Assembly: GCF_964213995.1 (NCBI RefSeq)
Contig: NW_027590177.1
Coordinates: forward strand, 124,001 to 188,000
Source: Mustelus asterias
Taxonomy: Eukaryota
Direction of reading: 5' to 3'
Length of the DNA: 64,000 nt
A program made the translations under genes and the position numbers. Every line of letters starts with the position of its first letter. Positions within the stretch are counted from its first letter, which is position 1. Below, piece after piece: positions 13,002 through 25,322 of the stretch. The notes under the pieces are model-generated. The model was not told the origin of the DNA. It did no database searches and was given only the letters and a program-made list of their open reading frames with translations.

Positions 13002-13038
13002 TCACGAGCTTTCGGAGCACTGCTCCTTCATCGGGTGA
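13002..13038 (-). ncRNA. Minimal hammerhead ribozyme motif (U4C variant)
   Basis: Minus strand reads tcac CCGATGA a ggagc-agt-gctcc GAAA gctc gtga. Confidence 0.6.
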
Positions 13039-13753
13039 GTCAATCGTCCATGATTCTAGATACGGACAAACTCACAGATGCACAAATACATTCACAGACA
13101 CGCAAATATGATTTCAAGAAGTAATTAGATATCGCTCATGGGGCGAAAGGGATCAAGGGATATGGGAGGAAGGGGGGATCAGGATATTGAATTCGATGAT
13201 CAGCCATGATCAAAATGAATGGTGGAGCAGGCTCGAAGAGTCGAATGGCCTACACCTGCTTCTAGTTTCTATCCTTCTATGGACACACACACACGCATGC
13301 ACACGCATGCATGGACGCACGCGCACACACACACACTCAATCTCAGACACTCTCACAAACACAGAGACAGACTGAGACCATGAAGGGTTGATGTTAGTCT
13401 CACTCTAATCCACCTGCTGGGCACCAAAATAATAACAGAAGCAAATCTGAAACTCAGTGTGCGGGTTTTATTGTGAAATTAGATAATTTATAAATATATC
13501 CCCATAGCTCCGGGTGGGAGTGGAATTGATGATTTCTTGACTGTCTGTCTGCACTGCTGCCTCACAGCGCTAGGGACCCGGGTTCAATTCCCGGCTTGGG
13601 TCACTGTCTATGTGGAGTCTGTACGTTCTCCCCGTGTCTGTGTGGGTTCCCTCCAGGTGCTCTGGTTTCCTTCCACAGTCTGAAAGATGCGCTATTTAGG
13701 TGCATTGACCCAAACAGGTGCCGGACTGTGGCGACTAGGGGAATTTCACAGTA

Positions 13754-14046
13754 GAACATAGAACATAGAACAGTACAGCACAGAACAGGCCCTTCGGCCC
13801 ATGATGTTGTGCCGAGCTTTATCTGAAACCAAGATCAAGCTATCCCACTCCCTATCATCCTGGTGTGCTCCATGTGCCTATCCAATAACAGCTTAAATGT
13901 TCCTAAAGTGTCCGACTCCACTATCACTGCAGGCAGTCCATTCCACACCCCAACCACTCTCTGTGTAAAGAACCTACCTCTGATATCCTTCCTATATCTC
14001 CGACCACGAACCCTATAGTTATGCCCCCTTGTAATAGCTCCATCCA
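13754..14046 (-). mobile_element. CR1 3' end (subfamily of 55187-59605) inserted in a SINE
   Basis: Near-identical to about 55190-55470; cagta repeated on both sides. Confidence 0.88.
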
Positions 14047-14126
14047 GTAACTTCATTGCAGTGTTAATGTTAGCCTTACTTGTGACTAATAAATAAATTT
14101 AACTTTTAACTTTCATTTTGTGATCT

Positions 14127-14453
14127 CATAGAATCATAGAATCTTACAGGGCAGAAGAAGGCCATTCAGCCCATCGAGTCTGCACCAACCACAATCCCAC
14201 CCAGGCCCTACCCCGGTAACCCCACATATTTAACTTGCTAATCCTCCTGACACTAGGGTCAATTTTAGCATGGCCAATCAACCTAAGCAGCACATCTTTG
14301 GACTGTGGGAGGAAACCTGAGCACCCGGAGGAAACCCACGCAGACACAGGGAGAACGTACTGACTCCGCACAGAAGTGACCCAAGGTAGGAATTGATCTC
14401 AGGTCCGTGGCGCTGTGAGGCAGTAGTGCTAACCACTGTGCCACCATGCCGCC
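14127..14453 (-). mobile_element. HE1-type V-SINE
   Basis: Full-length reverse-complement copy. Confidence 0.88.
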
Positions 14454-14824
14454 CTCATCTCCTTGAACAAATAGTAAATTGTAGAGATTATAAAGTTTGA
14501 ATTGTAATATCTAATGGTGTAAAGTATCTGGGAGCAGACTGGATGTGATAAAGGCTGGAATACAGACTGTGGGAATGAGGGTGAAACTGCTGTGCAGAGT
14601 GAATGGTTCTTGTAGGGAGGGATGGGAGGAGGGAGAGAGGGATGGATGGTGAGAGGGAGGGATGGAGAAAGGGAGGGAGTGTGAGGTGGATGGAGGGAGA
14701 GACGGATGAATGGGGGTGAATGTGAAAAGCTGAAGTTTACAGTTGAGGAGGTTCCCAGTCTCTCTGATCTCCAGTTGAACTGGGGAAGCTTTTGCACAGA
14801 CTGTGCTGCTGCTGTCTCCCCTCC

Positions 14825-14843
14825 TGTCCACCAGGGGTCGCTA
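14825..14843 (+). promoter_or_regulatory. Candidate CTCF site
   Basis: TGTCCACCAGGGGTCGCTA matches the core consensus TGGCCACCAGGGGGCGCTA at 17/19 positions. Confidence 0.5.
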
Positions 14844-14967
14844 TAGGCCTCCCAGCTGCTGTTCCTCCCAGTGTCACCACTTGCCCACTCCGGCCCCTCC
14901 AGTACACCTCACTGGGGCCCCGGACCATTCTTGCCATCCTGCCAGGTCACGAGTACTGACGCCAACA

Positions 14968-15260
14968 GTAAAGTTTATTTATGTGTCACAACTAGGTTTA
15001 CATTCACACTATAATGAAGTTACTGTGAAAATCACTGTGTTGCCACACTCCGGCACCTGTTCGGGTACACTGAGGGAGAATTCAGCATGGCCAATGTACC
15101 TAACCAGCCTGTCTTTTGAACTGTGTGAGGAAACCGGAGCAAATCCACACAGACACGTGGAAAATGTGCAAACTCCACACAGTGACCCAGCCGGGAATCG
15201 AATCCAAACCCCTGGTGCTGTGAGGCAGCAGTGCTAACCACTGTGCCACTGTACCGCCCA
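14968..15260 (-). mobile_element. V-SINE with an alternative 3' tail
   Basis: Same head; tail gtggcgactagggga..cagtaacttcattgcagtg..ttgtgac..aataaa. Other copies at 13549-14100, 20520-20790 and 60040-60240. Confidence 0.8.
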
Positions 15261-16689
15261 GTGCTCTAAGGTTAAGTTTCTTCTTCAAACCTAAGAAGAT
15301 TCAGTGTCACATCAGGGCGGGGAAAAAGGAGTCCATTGGCTTCAGATGGATAATGGTAAAAGTTAATATCCCAATTTATTCACTTTATTCCTTCAAGCTG
15401 AGATTTACAAAGTGAAAATTCCACTGTTTATAGCAGTGACTAAATAAGCAATGACCCACCACATAGCTGGTAATGCAGAATTTATCCCATAGGCAGCTCC
15501 TTGGCTCATTGTCTGCTGATGTGTCATCCAGAGCTGTTTTCCTGGCAGTTTGTGTCAGTAGCAGGCTGCCGTTACCATCCACTCTTGGGCAGAGTGAGGA
15601 GACAGCTCCGACACCGACCTCAGCTGGAATGGGAATTGATCCATACATTAGTCCGCAAGCCAGCAATGCTGCAGGAATTGCAAAGGGGCTGCACAGAGGT
15701 CCAGAATTAGAAGAGGGGGTTGTGAAGATGGAGGAAGCGTCTGCAAGACATGGGGACATTTTGGATTATCTCAAAATTACAGAATGTGGGAGACCAGTCA
15801 GGAATGTGTTGAAATTGTCAAGTCTGGCAGTAATGTGTGGATGTGGGATTCAGCAGCAGATGAAGGGCTGCACTGTGGAACAGTGGTTAACACTGCTGCC
15901 TAACAGCAGCGGTTTTGAATCCAGCCTTGGGTTTGTGTGTGGAGTTTGCACCTTCTCCCTGTGTCTGAGTTTCCTCTGGGTGCTTCAGTTTCCTCCTACA
16001 GTCCAAAATTGTGCAGGTTCGGTGGATTGGCCTTGTTAAATTATCTGTTAGCGTCCAAAGATGTGTAGGTTGGGGGGGTTAGCAGGGTAAATGCACAAGG
16101 GTACAGGGTCCATCGAATCTGCACCGACTCTCCAACAGAGCATCTTACCCAGGCCCTATCCCCGTCGCCCCACATATTTACCCCGCTGTTCCACTGTGTT
16201 ACTTATTCATTACAAAAGGACCAGAGTCTGAGGTTATAAATGGGTGAGTTTACTCCAATAGTAATTCCTTCAACATCTGACAAGTTTACAGCTATGAACA
16301 TCCCACCTATCAAATAGCTCCAGCCTACAGATGAGATTACCAACATTCAGAGCTTACACATCCTCATCCTGAAGTTACAAAACAGACTTTAGTCATTGGC
16401 CTGCTGATACATCGGCACATTCACACAGGGGTGGATTGGACTGTGATCTGTTTATTGTTCATCTTTAGTTCAATACAGTTTCTGAGTGATTTAAATTTAA
16501 AACAAGGTATGCAGGTGTGATTATTTATTGACATATGAATGTGAGATGCTGTGGGGCTCACCCCAAGTTCAACAGGGCCGATTTACATCAAAAATAAACT
16601 CCAGCTATCAGAATAAACATAATTCAGTCTGGGATGTGATTAACAGCAGCAATAACAGCAGAATCACACCCCTGTGATCACTGGTGAAC

Positions 16690-17880
16690 TCACTGGTGTT
16701 TCACCAGGTTGTGTGACTGGGTGAATCTCTTTCCACACAAGGAACAAGTGAACGGCTTCTCCTCACTGTGAACTTGTTGGTGTCTCAGCAGAGTGGATGA
16801 CCGGGTGAATCCTTTCCCACACTCAGTGGAGGTGAACGGTCTCTCCTCAGAGTGATTTCGCTGGTGTGCGAGCAGAAGTTTTCTGCTTTTAAAGCTCTTC
16901 TCACAGTCAGAACATTTGAACGGTCTCTCATTTGTGTGAACAAGTTGGTGAGAAGTGAGAGAGGATAAACAAGTGAATCTCTTCCCACACACAGGGCAGG
17001 TGAATGGCCTCTCCCCAGTGTGAACTCGCTGGTGTACAGTGAGGTCGCCTGATCGCCTGAAGCCAGTCCCGCAGTGAGAACACGTGAATGGTCTCTCGTC
17101 AGAGTGAACACATTGATGGTGACGCAGTTCCTCAGAACTTTTATAGCTCTTCCTGCAGTCTGGACATTTAAACGGTCTCTCTTCACTGTGAACTCGTTGG
17201 TGTTTCTGCAGGTTGGGTGATCGGTTAAATCCCTTCCCACATTCAGAGCAGGGGAATGGCCTCTCTCCAGTGTGAATGCATTCATGTGCCACAAGGTGGA
17301 ATGATGTCCTGAACCCTTTCTGGCAGTGGGAACAGCTGAACGCTGTGGAACCGGTGTGAATGTACTGGTGCTCCCGCAATGTGCATCGAGTTTTAAAATT
17401 CTTTCCACACTCAGGGCATTTAAACTCTTGTCGGTGTGAACTCGCTGGTGTCTCTGCAGGGCAGAGAAATCTGTGAATCCCTTCACTCACACGGAGCAGG
17501 TGAAAGGCCTCTCCCCTGTGTGAATGTGTCGCTGTATCAGCAGGGCCAATGACTGAGTAAATCCTTTTCCACATTCGGAGCAGGTGAACTGCCTCTCCCT
17601 GCTGTGAATGCGCTGGTGAATCAACAGGCCAGCTGTCTGAGTGAATCCCTTCCCACACACAGGGCAGGTAAAAGGTGTCCACTCCAGTGTGAGTGCGTTG
17701 GTGATTTTGCAGGTCAACTGGATAATTGAATCCTTTCCCACAGTCTCCACATTTATACGGTCTCTCCCTGGTGTGACTGCGCTTGTGTCTCGACAGGCCA
17801 GATGATCGATTGAAGCCTTGTCCACACACAGAACACATGTACAGTGTCTCCTCTCTGTGAACGGTGCATTTTTCTTCCAT
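16690..17880 (-). CDS. C2H2 ZNF with an internally frameshifted segment (Z2); gene or pseudogene
   Basis: ATG of MEEK at 17880. Two fingers, about 85 out-of-frame codons, then 7 intact fingers and one degenerate finger. The last finger is cut by TGA. Acceptor tttttcag near 17987. Confidence 0.6.
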   Translation of the reverse strand: MEEKCTVHREETLYMCSVCGQGFNRSSGLSRHKRSHTRERPYKCGDCGKGFNYPVDLQNHQRTHTGVDTFYLPCVWEGIHSDSWPVDSPAHSQQGEAVHLLRMWKRIYSVIGPADTATHSHRGEAFHLLRVSEGIHRFLCPAETPASSHRQEFKCPECGKNFKTRCTLREHQYIHTGSTAFSCSHCQKGFRTSFHLVAHECIHTGERPFPCSECGKGFNRSPNLQKHQRVHSEERPFKCPDCRKSYKSSEELRHHQCVHSDERPFTCSHCGTGFRRSGDLTVHQRVHTGERPFTCPVCGKRFTCLSSLTSHQLVHTNERPFKCSDCEKSFKSRKLLLAHQRNHSEERPFTSTECGKGFTRSSTLLRHQQVHSEEKPFTCSLCGKRFTQSHNLVKHQ

Positions 17881-19169
17881 GTTCAAAGGCCGATGATGTT
17901 TAGATCCTGATGAATCAAAGCTCTCTGTCTGATCTTGATGTGATCCTTGATTTACAATTTTCTGTAATTCCTCACCTTCTAATCCCCTGAAAAATGAATT
18001 GAAAACAGAAAGAGGGAAACATGAGAGACAAGCCATAAATATACAAAGACAAAATGTGAAACTGAGTTGAACTAATCTGGTAAATTGTGGGATTGGAACT
18101 AGGAAATAGTGGATATGAAAGCTGCTGGATTGTGACAAAGCCTCAAACTGTTCACCAATGCACTGAGGGAAAGGAGCCCTCCACCTCTTCAGAGCCAACA
18201 ACAAGAATTCAGCCTTTATGCGTGAAGAGGGAGAGGTCAGGAGGAGGGTGATGGAGAGAGACTTTATGCATCAGCAACTCAACCAGGATTTTGGCAGAAT
18301 CTCCTCAACCCACAATCTTCCCCACCTGGAAGTACCAGAGCAGCTGGTACATGGGAAAACCACACAACTCCCTGACTTGGACAAATATCACTGTCCCTTC
18401 AACGTGACTGGGTTAAAATTCTAATACTCTTGCATTGTGGGAGCACCTTTACTATATGGACTGCAGAGGTTCAAGAAGAACAAGGCCAACTATCACCATC
18501 ACAAAGGACAATTGGTGATTGGTAACGTATCGCTGTCTGTGATAGTAATTCAGGACAAATACCTGGGCCTTTTTTGTTCGTTTGCAAATCTGTATGAAAC
18601 CTGCAATTTCATAAGATATAGGAGCAGAATTAGACCATTCGGCCCCTCGGGTCCGCTCCGCCATTCAATCATGGCTGATATGCTTCTCATCCCCATTTTC
18701 CTGCCTTCTCCCCATAACCTTTCAACCCATAACCAATTAAAAATCTGTCCAACTCCTCCTTAAATTACTCACTGCCCAGCATCCACCGCACTTTGGGGTA
18801 GCAAATTCCACAGATGAAAGGAAAACAAGGAAACAAAACCCATGACCGCTACAATCTAGGAGGACAAGGACAGTGGACAGGTGGGGAAAACCACTACTTG
18901 GAAGTCCCCCTCCAAACCACTCACCATCTTGACTTGGAAATATGTCACTGTTCCTTCACTGTCATTGGATCAAAATCCTGGAATTCCCTCCCTAACAGCA
19001 CTATGGATGTACCTACACCACATGGATTGCAGTGATTCAAGAAGACAGCTCACCACCACCTTTTCAAGGGCAATAAATGCTCATCTAGACAACAACTAGA
19101 ATCCATTGAATGATTTTAAAAATGACTTGGAATATCCATGAGAAAACAATCCTGACAGTTACTCAAATA

Positions 19170-19250
19170 AATACTTCACTCAGTCACACCAGCTTCCGAG
19201 TTTACATTTGACTGGAGTGGTTGGATTTTGCTGTCATTGCTGCTGTTTGT
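19170..19250 (+). pseudogene. Small relic of a ZNF 3' end
   Basis: ttcactcagtca...cgagtttaca followed by the cluster 3' motif gttggattttgctgtcattgctgctgtt. Confidence 0.5.
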
Positions 19251-19269
19251 GGAAAACCTTGGGGCATTT

Positions 19270-19960
19270 GCCCAGTCCATTACGCAAACCAGCCTCCCAT
19301 CCATTTACTCTGTCTACACTTCCCGCTGCCTCGGAAAAGCAGCCAACATAATAAAGGATGCCACACACCCCAGACATACTCTCTTCCACCTTCTTCCATC
19401 AAGAAAAAGGTACAAAAGTCTGAGATCATCTACCAACTGACTTAAGAACACCTTCTTCCTTGCTGCCATCAGACTTTTGAATAGACCTACTTCTCATTAA
19501 GTTGATCTTTCTCTACACTCTAACTGTGACTGTAACACTACATTCTGCACTCTCTCCTTTCCTTACCTATGTACAGTATGCTTTGCCTGTATAGTGCACA
19601 AGAAATAATACTTTTCACTGTATACTAATCCACGTGACAATAATAAATCAAATCAAAAAAGAACCCCACACACCCTCTCTTCCACCTTCTTCCATCGGGA
19701 AAAAGATACAAAAGTCTGAGATCACGTACCAACTGACTCAAAAATAGCTTAATCCCTGCTGCCATCAGACTTTTGAATGGAGCTGCCTTATATTAAGTTG
19801 ATCTTTTGCTACACCCTAGATATGACTGTAACACTACATTCTGCACCCTTTTCTTCCCTTCTCTCCTATCTGCTCTATGAATGGAATGCTTTGTCTGTAC
19901 AGTGTGCAAGAAATAATAATTTTCATTGTAAACCATAACATGTGACAATAATAAATCAAA
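19270..19960 (+). mobile_element. Two tandem Rex1-type 3' ends
   Basis: IIKDATHP.H.LF.LLPS.KRY motif; two gtgacaataataaatcaaa tails (near 19640 and 19950). Confidence 0.8.
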
Positions 19961-20099
19961 ATTATCCACCAGTTCCCACTTCTGTTCTTTCTGATGAATG
20001 AAGGATCTGTGCACAGATTTTTCAACCCTCCTTCCAATCTCCACATCACAACAAAAAAATGACCTGTCAATAATAACGACTTTCAATGACGGAGCGTTT

Positions 20100-20480
20100 A
20101 CCCAGCATTCGCCGCGGTGGTGAATGCCCCCTATTTACACCAGAGGAAGTTACTGCGCAGCCGCAGTATCGCCCAGTACTGGAGCATGCGCACTGTCAGT
20201 CATGGCGATGGGGTGAGTCTCTCTTTTTGTCTCTTTGCCACGGGGAAGGAAGCGGAAACTCTGAGGGAGCGATGGAGCCGGCTCTGGATAGAGAAAGTTT
20301 CTAAACACCTGGTGGGCGCTCAAACCCCGATTGAGACTCCGCGCTTCCGTGTTTGCAGCTCCGGATCTTTTTCTGCCCGAGGCCCAAGTCCAGGTTAACG
20401 GCCGCCATCTTGGATCAACGAGAGGCGCATGCGCCAGGGTCTTCGTGACGCAACAGTGAGGGCGGGGCTTAGGTTTTACA
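20100..20480 (+). promoter_or_regulatory. Promoter/first-exon module P2 (Z3; lies between divergent Z2 and Z3)
   Basis: ctggagcatgcgcac; donor gtgagt at 20213; gccgccatctt; gcgcatgcgc; GC box gggcgggg. Confidence 0.75.
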
Positions 20481-21857
20481 GTTCCCACCGGATCCTAGTT
20501 TCCAGCACATCAGACTTCCAATTATTGATTCGTGTCAGAAGTAGGTTTACATTGACACTACAATGAAATTACTGCGAAAATCCCCTAGTCGCCACACTCC
20601 GGCGCCTATTCAGGTACACAGAGAGAATTTAACATGGCCAATGCACCTAACCAGCACGTCTTTCGGACTGTGGGAGGAACCCTGAGCACCCGGAGGAAAC
20701 CCACACAGACAGAGGGATGATGTGCAAACTCTACACAGAGAGTGACCCAATCCGGGAACTGAAGCCAGGTCTAACCACTGTGCCACCATGCCTCCCACCA
20801 AACTGGGCAACAGGTGTCTAAACAGTTTCACCCACTCCCAGCCTGCAGCTGATGTTTGCAGGGGTCCATGAACCATGTACATATTCAGTGTGAGAGGTTG
20901 CAGTCCCTGAAGGAGCTGCTTCTCCACTTTTAGTTCCACTTCTATTCTTCCCCACGCTCCTAATCATTGGCTGCCCATGTGGAGAAGGCTTGGGAGGTCA
21001 GAGGATCTTTTCCTGGACCTGCTCTTGGGGCTGGTTAAAACAGTGATTTGTAGATCTGCATGGGGTAACTAGGTTGTTGGCCTCTCTTCCGTGGTCTTGT
21101 CCATGCTTGTGTGGTCCTGCAGAAGAACCGTGCAGTGTCGACTGGAACACTCGAAAACTCCACAACTCAGGGTACAGAGTGTCTCATAGACACTGGAAAC
21201 AAAGTTCTGGTTTAGTTGAGATGGAAGTTTGATTGGACCACAAGATTGGGGAAACAAGATTTGAAATAATATTCCATGGAAACGAGAATTGTCTGTTCTG
21301 ACTTTCTATCCTGTGCTGACAATGATACTGACTCTGTCAATGTCTTTTACAAGGTCCACAAGGGTGATGAATTGCAGATGGGAAACTGAAACCAAACATC
21401 ACATCAAGAGCTGACAGAGTCACTCAATTCATCAGAACCTGAATATCATCGACCTTTAAATGTGGAAGGAGAAATGTTTTTCTGTTTTGGCGGTGCGGAA
21501 AGATTTCAAACATCAGTGTGACTGGAAAAGCACCAAGACTTACACACACACCCGAGTGAGAGTGTTCCAGTAAACTGACTTAGGAAAGAGCTTTAACCAG
21601 TTACACAGCCTGATTTTAAAAAAATCTCACTATTCACAGCAGAGTCAAAGGATGAGAAGATCTTGGAGCAGAATTAGGCCATTGGGCCCATTGAGTTTGC
21701 TCCACTATTCACTGATCTGATATAATCCTGAACTCCACGTTCCTGCCTGATCCCCATGACTCTTGATTCTCTTACTGAGAAATAATACACACGTTCTTTG
21801 TGTGGGCAAGGCTTGAACAGATTGTTTAACCTAGACGGACACAAGGACACCTGTACC

Positions 21858-22919
21858 ATGGAGAAACCATGGAAATGTGGGGACTGTGGGAAGGGATTCA
21901 GTTACCCATCGCTGCTGGAAATACATCGCCGCAGTCACACTGGGGAGAGGCCATTCACCTGCTCCGTGTGTGGGAAGGGATTCATTCAGTCATCCCACCT
22001 GCTGACCCACCAGCAAGTTCACATTGAAGAGAGGCTTTTTAACCACTCTGACAGCGATAACAACTCTAAAAGCTCTGAGGACCTGGTCAAGCACCAGGTT
22101 GTTCACATTGCGAGACAGTTCAGTTGCTGTCACTGTGGGAAGCTGTTTAAACGATCACAGAACCTCATTGAACACGAACGCACTCACACTGGGGAAAGGC
22201 CGTTCACCTGCTCTGTGTGTGGGAAGGGATTCACACGATCAACCCACCTCGCTGCACACCGACTGGTTCACACTGATAACAGACCTTTCAAATGTTCCGA
22301 ATGTGAGAAGAGTTATAAAACCACAAGTGATCTGCTGATACACCAGCGAGTTCACAATGAGGAGAGGCCATTCAGATGTACAGTGTGTGGGAAGGGATTC
22401 ATTCAGTTATCCAGCCTCCAGAAACATCAGCGAGTTCACACTGGGGAGAGGTCATTCACCTGCTCCTTGTGTGGAAAAGGATTCATTTATTTAACCAGCC
22501 TCAGATCACACCAACTTGTTCACTCAGATAAGAAACCTTTCAAATGTTCTGAATGTGAGAAGAGCTTTAAGACCTCAAGTATTCTGCTGAGGCACCAGCA
22601 AGTTCACTCCGGGGAGAGACCATTCACCTGCTCTGACTGTGGAAAGGGATTCACTCGCTCATCCAACCTGCGAACACACGAGCACATTCACACCAGGGAA
22701 AAACCGTTCACTTGCTCTGAGTGTGGGAAGGGATTTTCTCACTCACCCCACCTGCTGAGACACCAACACACTCACAATGGAGAGAGACCGTTCACCTTCT
22801 CTGAGTGTGAGATGGGATTCACTCAGTCAACCCATCTTCTAACTCACCAGCAAATTGACAAATGTCTGGAGGAATTGGATTCTGCTGTTATTGCTGCTGT
22901 TAATCACATCCACGACTGA
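21858..22919 (+). CDS. C2H2 ZNF, 10 intact + 2 degenerate fingers (Z3, MEKPWKC type)
   Basis: ATG at 21858 within ORF 21798-22919. The C-terminus reads into the 3' motif shared by the paralogues. Confidence 0.87.
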   Translation: MEKPWKCGDCGKGFSYPSLLEIHRRSHTGERPFTCSVCGKGFIQSSHLLTHQQVHIEERLFNHSDSDNNSKSSEDLVKHQVVHIARQFSCCHCGKLFKRSQNLIEHERTHTGERPFTCSVCGKGFTRSTHLAAHRLVHTDNRPFKCSECEKSYKTTSDLLIHQRVHNEERPFRCTVCGKGFIQLSSLQKHQRVHTGERSFTCSLCGKGFIYLTSLRSHQLVHSDKKPFKCSECEKSFKTSSILLRHQQVHSGERPFTCSDCGKGFTRSSNLRTHEHIHTREKPFTCSECGKGFSHSPHLLRHQHTHNGERPFTFSECEMGFTQSTHLLTHQQIDKCLEELDSAVIAAVNHIHD

Positions 22920-23574
22920 ACAATGTTCATTCTGACAGTTGGGGTGTGTTTTCGCTGATGTGTGTGATCGCTATAACTGGGCTGGAGTTTATTACTCCGG
23001 ATAAATGTCAAATTAACTAATATTATTTAAGACACAAAGCTGGGACCTTCATTTCTCCAGGATAAGAAAAGATTAATCAATGTCTTGTTACTAATTGCTG
23101 CATTTTTGTGGCCTTTTCTCCTTTCTAGTTCTAGATTATTTCAGTTTTTATACCTTCAGTTACTCTCCTGGGCAAGTCCCAGCTCCCCACACCTTCCAGA
23201 GTGTCTTTCCTGGCCTTGGAATCCATGGAAGGCATCAGTAACACATCCGCGATCACCAAACACAAATCACAGTTGTTTGCATTGATCCACTTCTTTCCCC
23301 AGTCATTCAGGATGGTGATGTTTGTGGAGCTTTCTCTCTCTGTGATTTGTTTAATTGTCCCCCACCATTCACGACTGGATGTGGGGGGACTGCAGCTCTG
23401 ATCTGATCCGTTGTTTGTGGGATCGCTTGGCCCTGCCTGGAACATGCTGCTTCTGCTGTTTAGTGTGTTTACAGTCCTGTATTATAGAGTCACCAGATTG
23501 GAATCTCAGGTTTAGGGTGCCCAGTGCTGCTCCTGACTTGTTCTCCTACACTCCATGTTGAACTAGGGGAGGTG

Positions 23575-23920
23575 ATGACTGGTGGTATTATTGCTGAACT
23601 ATTAATCCAGAAACTCAGCTAATGATTTGGGGACCGGGTTTCGAATCCTGCCACATCAGTTGGTGGAATTTGAATTCAATAAAAATAATCTGGAATTAAG
23701 AATTTACTGATGACCATAAAACCATTGTTGATTATCATAAAAAACCCGTCTGGCTCACTATGGCCCTTTAGGGAAGGAAATCTGCTATCCTTACCCGGTC
23801 TGGCCTACATGTGACTCCCTCTGAAATGGCCTCGCAAGTCACTCAGTTTAAGGGCAACAAGGACTGGGCCATAAATGCTGGCCATCCAGCAATGCCCATT
23901 TCCCACGAATGAATAAAAAA
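23575..23920 (+). mobile_element. Second tRNA-derived SINE family, near full length
   Basis: B-box-like gggtttcgaatcc, body agggaaggaaatctgc..ggcctacatgtgactcc and A-rich end. Minus copies at about 5470-5730 and 60790-60960. Confidence 0.7.
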
Positions 23921-24009
23921 GAATTTCAAGTTGAGGACTCCCAGGATGACTCACTTGCACTGTCCACCTCTGTGCTGCTCCCTCTACTCAGGTCTGAACT
24001 GCTGGTAGG

Positions 24010-25160
24010 ACAGGATATTCTGGCAGGAAGAATAAAAGGGAAGCAGATTATCTAAATGGTGAGAGATTGTAGAGCTCTGAGATGCAGAGGGATCTGAGTG
24101 TTGTAGAGATTGAATAAACTGGGATTGTTCTCCCTGGAAAGACGGAGGCTGAGGCGCGACCTGATAGAAGTTTATAAAATTATGAGGGGTGTGGATAGGG
24201 TGAACACTTGGGAGCTTTTTGCCAGGGAAGAAATGACAATTACAAGGCAGCACAAGTTCAAGATAAGGGGGAAAGGTTCAGTGGAGATGTGCGGGGGAAG
24301 GTTTTTACACAGAGGGTGGTGGGGGCCTGGAATGCACTGCCAAGTGAGGTGGTCGAGGCAGATATGTTAGTGACATTTAAGTCTCATCTGGATAGACACA
24401 TGAACAGGTGGGAATAGAGGGATATAAGCGGTTGGTCTAGAGAGGACAGTGTGATTAGCGATGGCCGAAGGGCCTGTTCCTGTGCTGTTCTTTGTTCTTT
24501 GCATGAATCACAAAAAGCTGGTAAGCAGGTAAAGCAAGTAATTAGGAAAGCTATCATTTATTGTGAGGGGAATTGATTACATAAATATGGAGGTTATGCT
24601 TCAGTTATCCAGAGCACCAGTGAGACCACATCTGGAGTACGGTGTACAGGATTGGTCATCTTGTTTAAGCAAGGATGTAAATACATTGGAAGCAGTCGAT
24701 TGACCAGACTAATGCCAGAAATGTGTGGATTATGGGTAAAGCTTGGACAGGCTAGGTTTGTGTCTGCTGGAGTTTAGAAGAGTAAGATCAATTTGATCGA
24801 AACATAGAAGAAACAAGAAGGGTCTTGACAGGTTGATGTGGAAAGGATGTTTCCTCTTGTGTGAGAATCTAGAGCTAGAGGTCCCTGTTTAAAAATAAGG
24901 GTTCACCCATTTAAAACGGAGATGAGGTGAAATATTTTCTTTCAGAGTCTCTGGAACACTCTTCTGAAAAGGCGGTGGAAGCAGAGTCTTTGAAGATTTT
25001 TAAGGCAGATGTAGATAGATTCTTGGCAAGCAAGTTGGCGATAGATTATTGGGGGTAGGCAGGATGCAGATTTAAAGTTACTATCAGATCAGCCCTGATC
25101 TGATTAAATGGTGGAGCAGACTCAAGGGGCCAAATAGCCGAATCCTGCTCCTTGTTCCTG
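24010..25160 (+). mobile_element. Old CR1 with a younger CR1 3' end nested at about 24105-24500
   Basis: [15 protein letters not shown] and two 3' tails. Confidence 0.78.
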
Positions 25161-25322
25161 TGAGACATTGGCAGTAAGATATGATTCAAAGTATGACTGT
25201 GTCAGCCTGCTGCTTGACTGGACTGTTCGACTGTAGGAATGGTCATATTTAATAGTTTGTAGCTTAGTTATGTGTAATAATCAAGTAATTGAAGCTTATT
25301 AATCACGATGGCACAGTGATTA

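Noticed and set aside
15473-16039. 188-aa ORF
   Set aside because: Runs across unique DNA, an L2-like remnant and a SINE; no recognisable protein.
21519-21521. Selenocysteine reading of the conserved TGA
   Set aside because: The codon is not at a Cys position, downstream fingers are frameshifted, and I could not identify a SECIS element.
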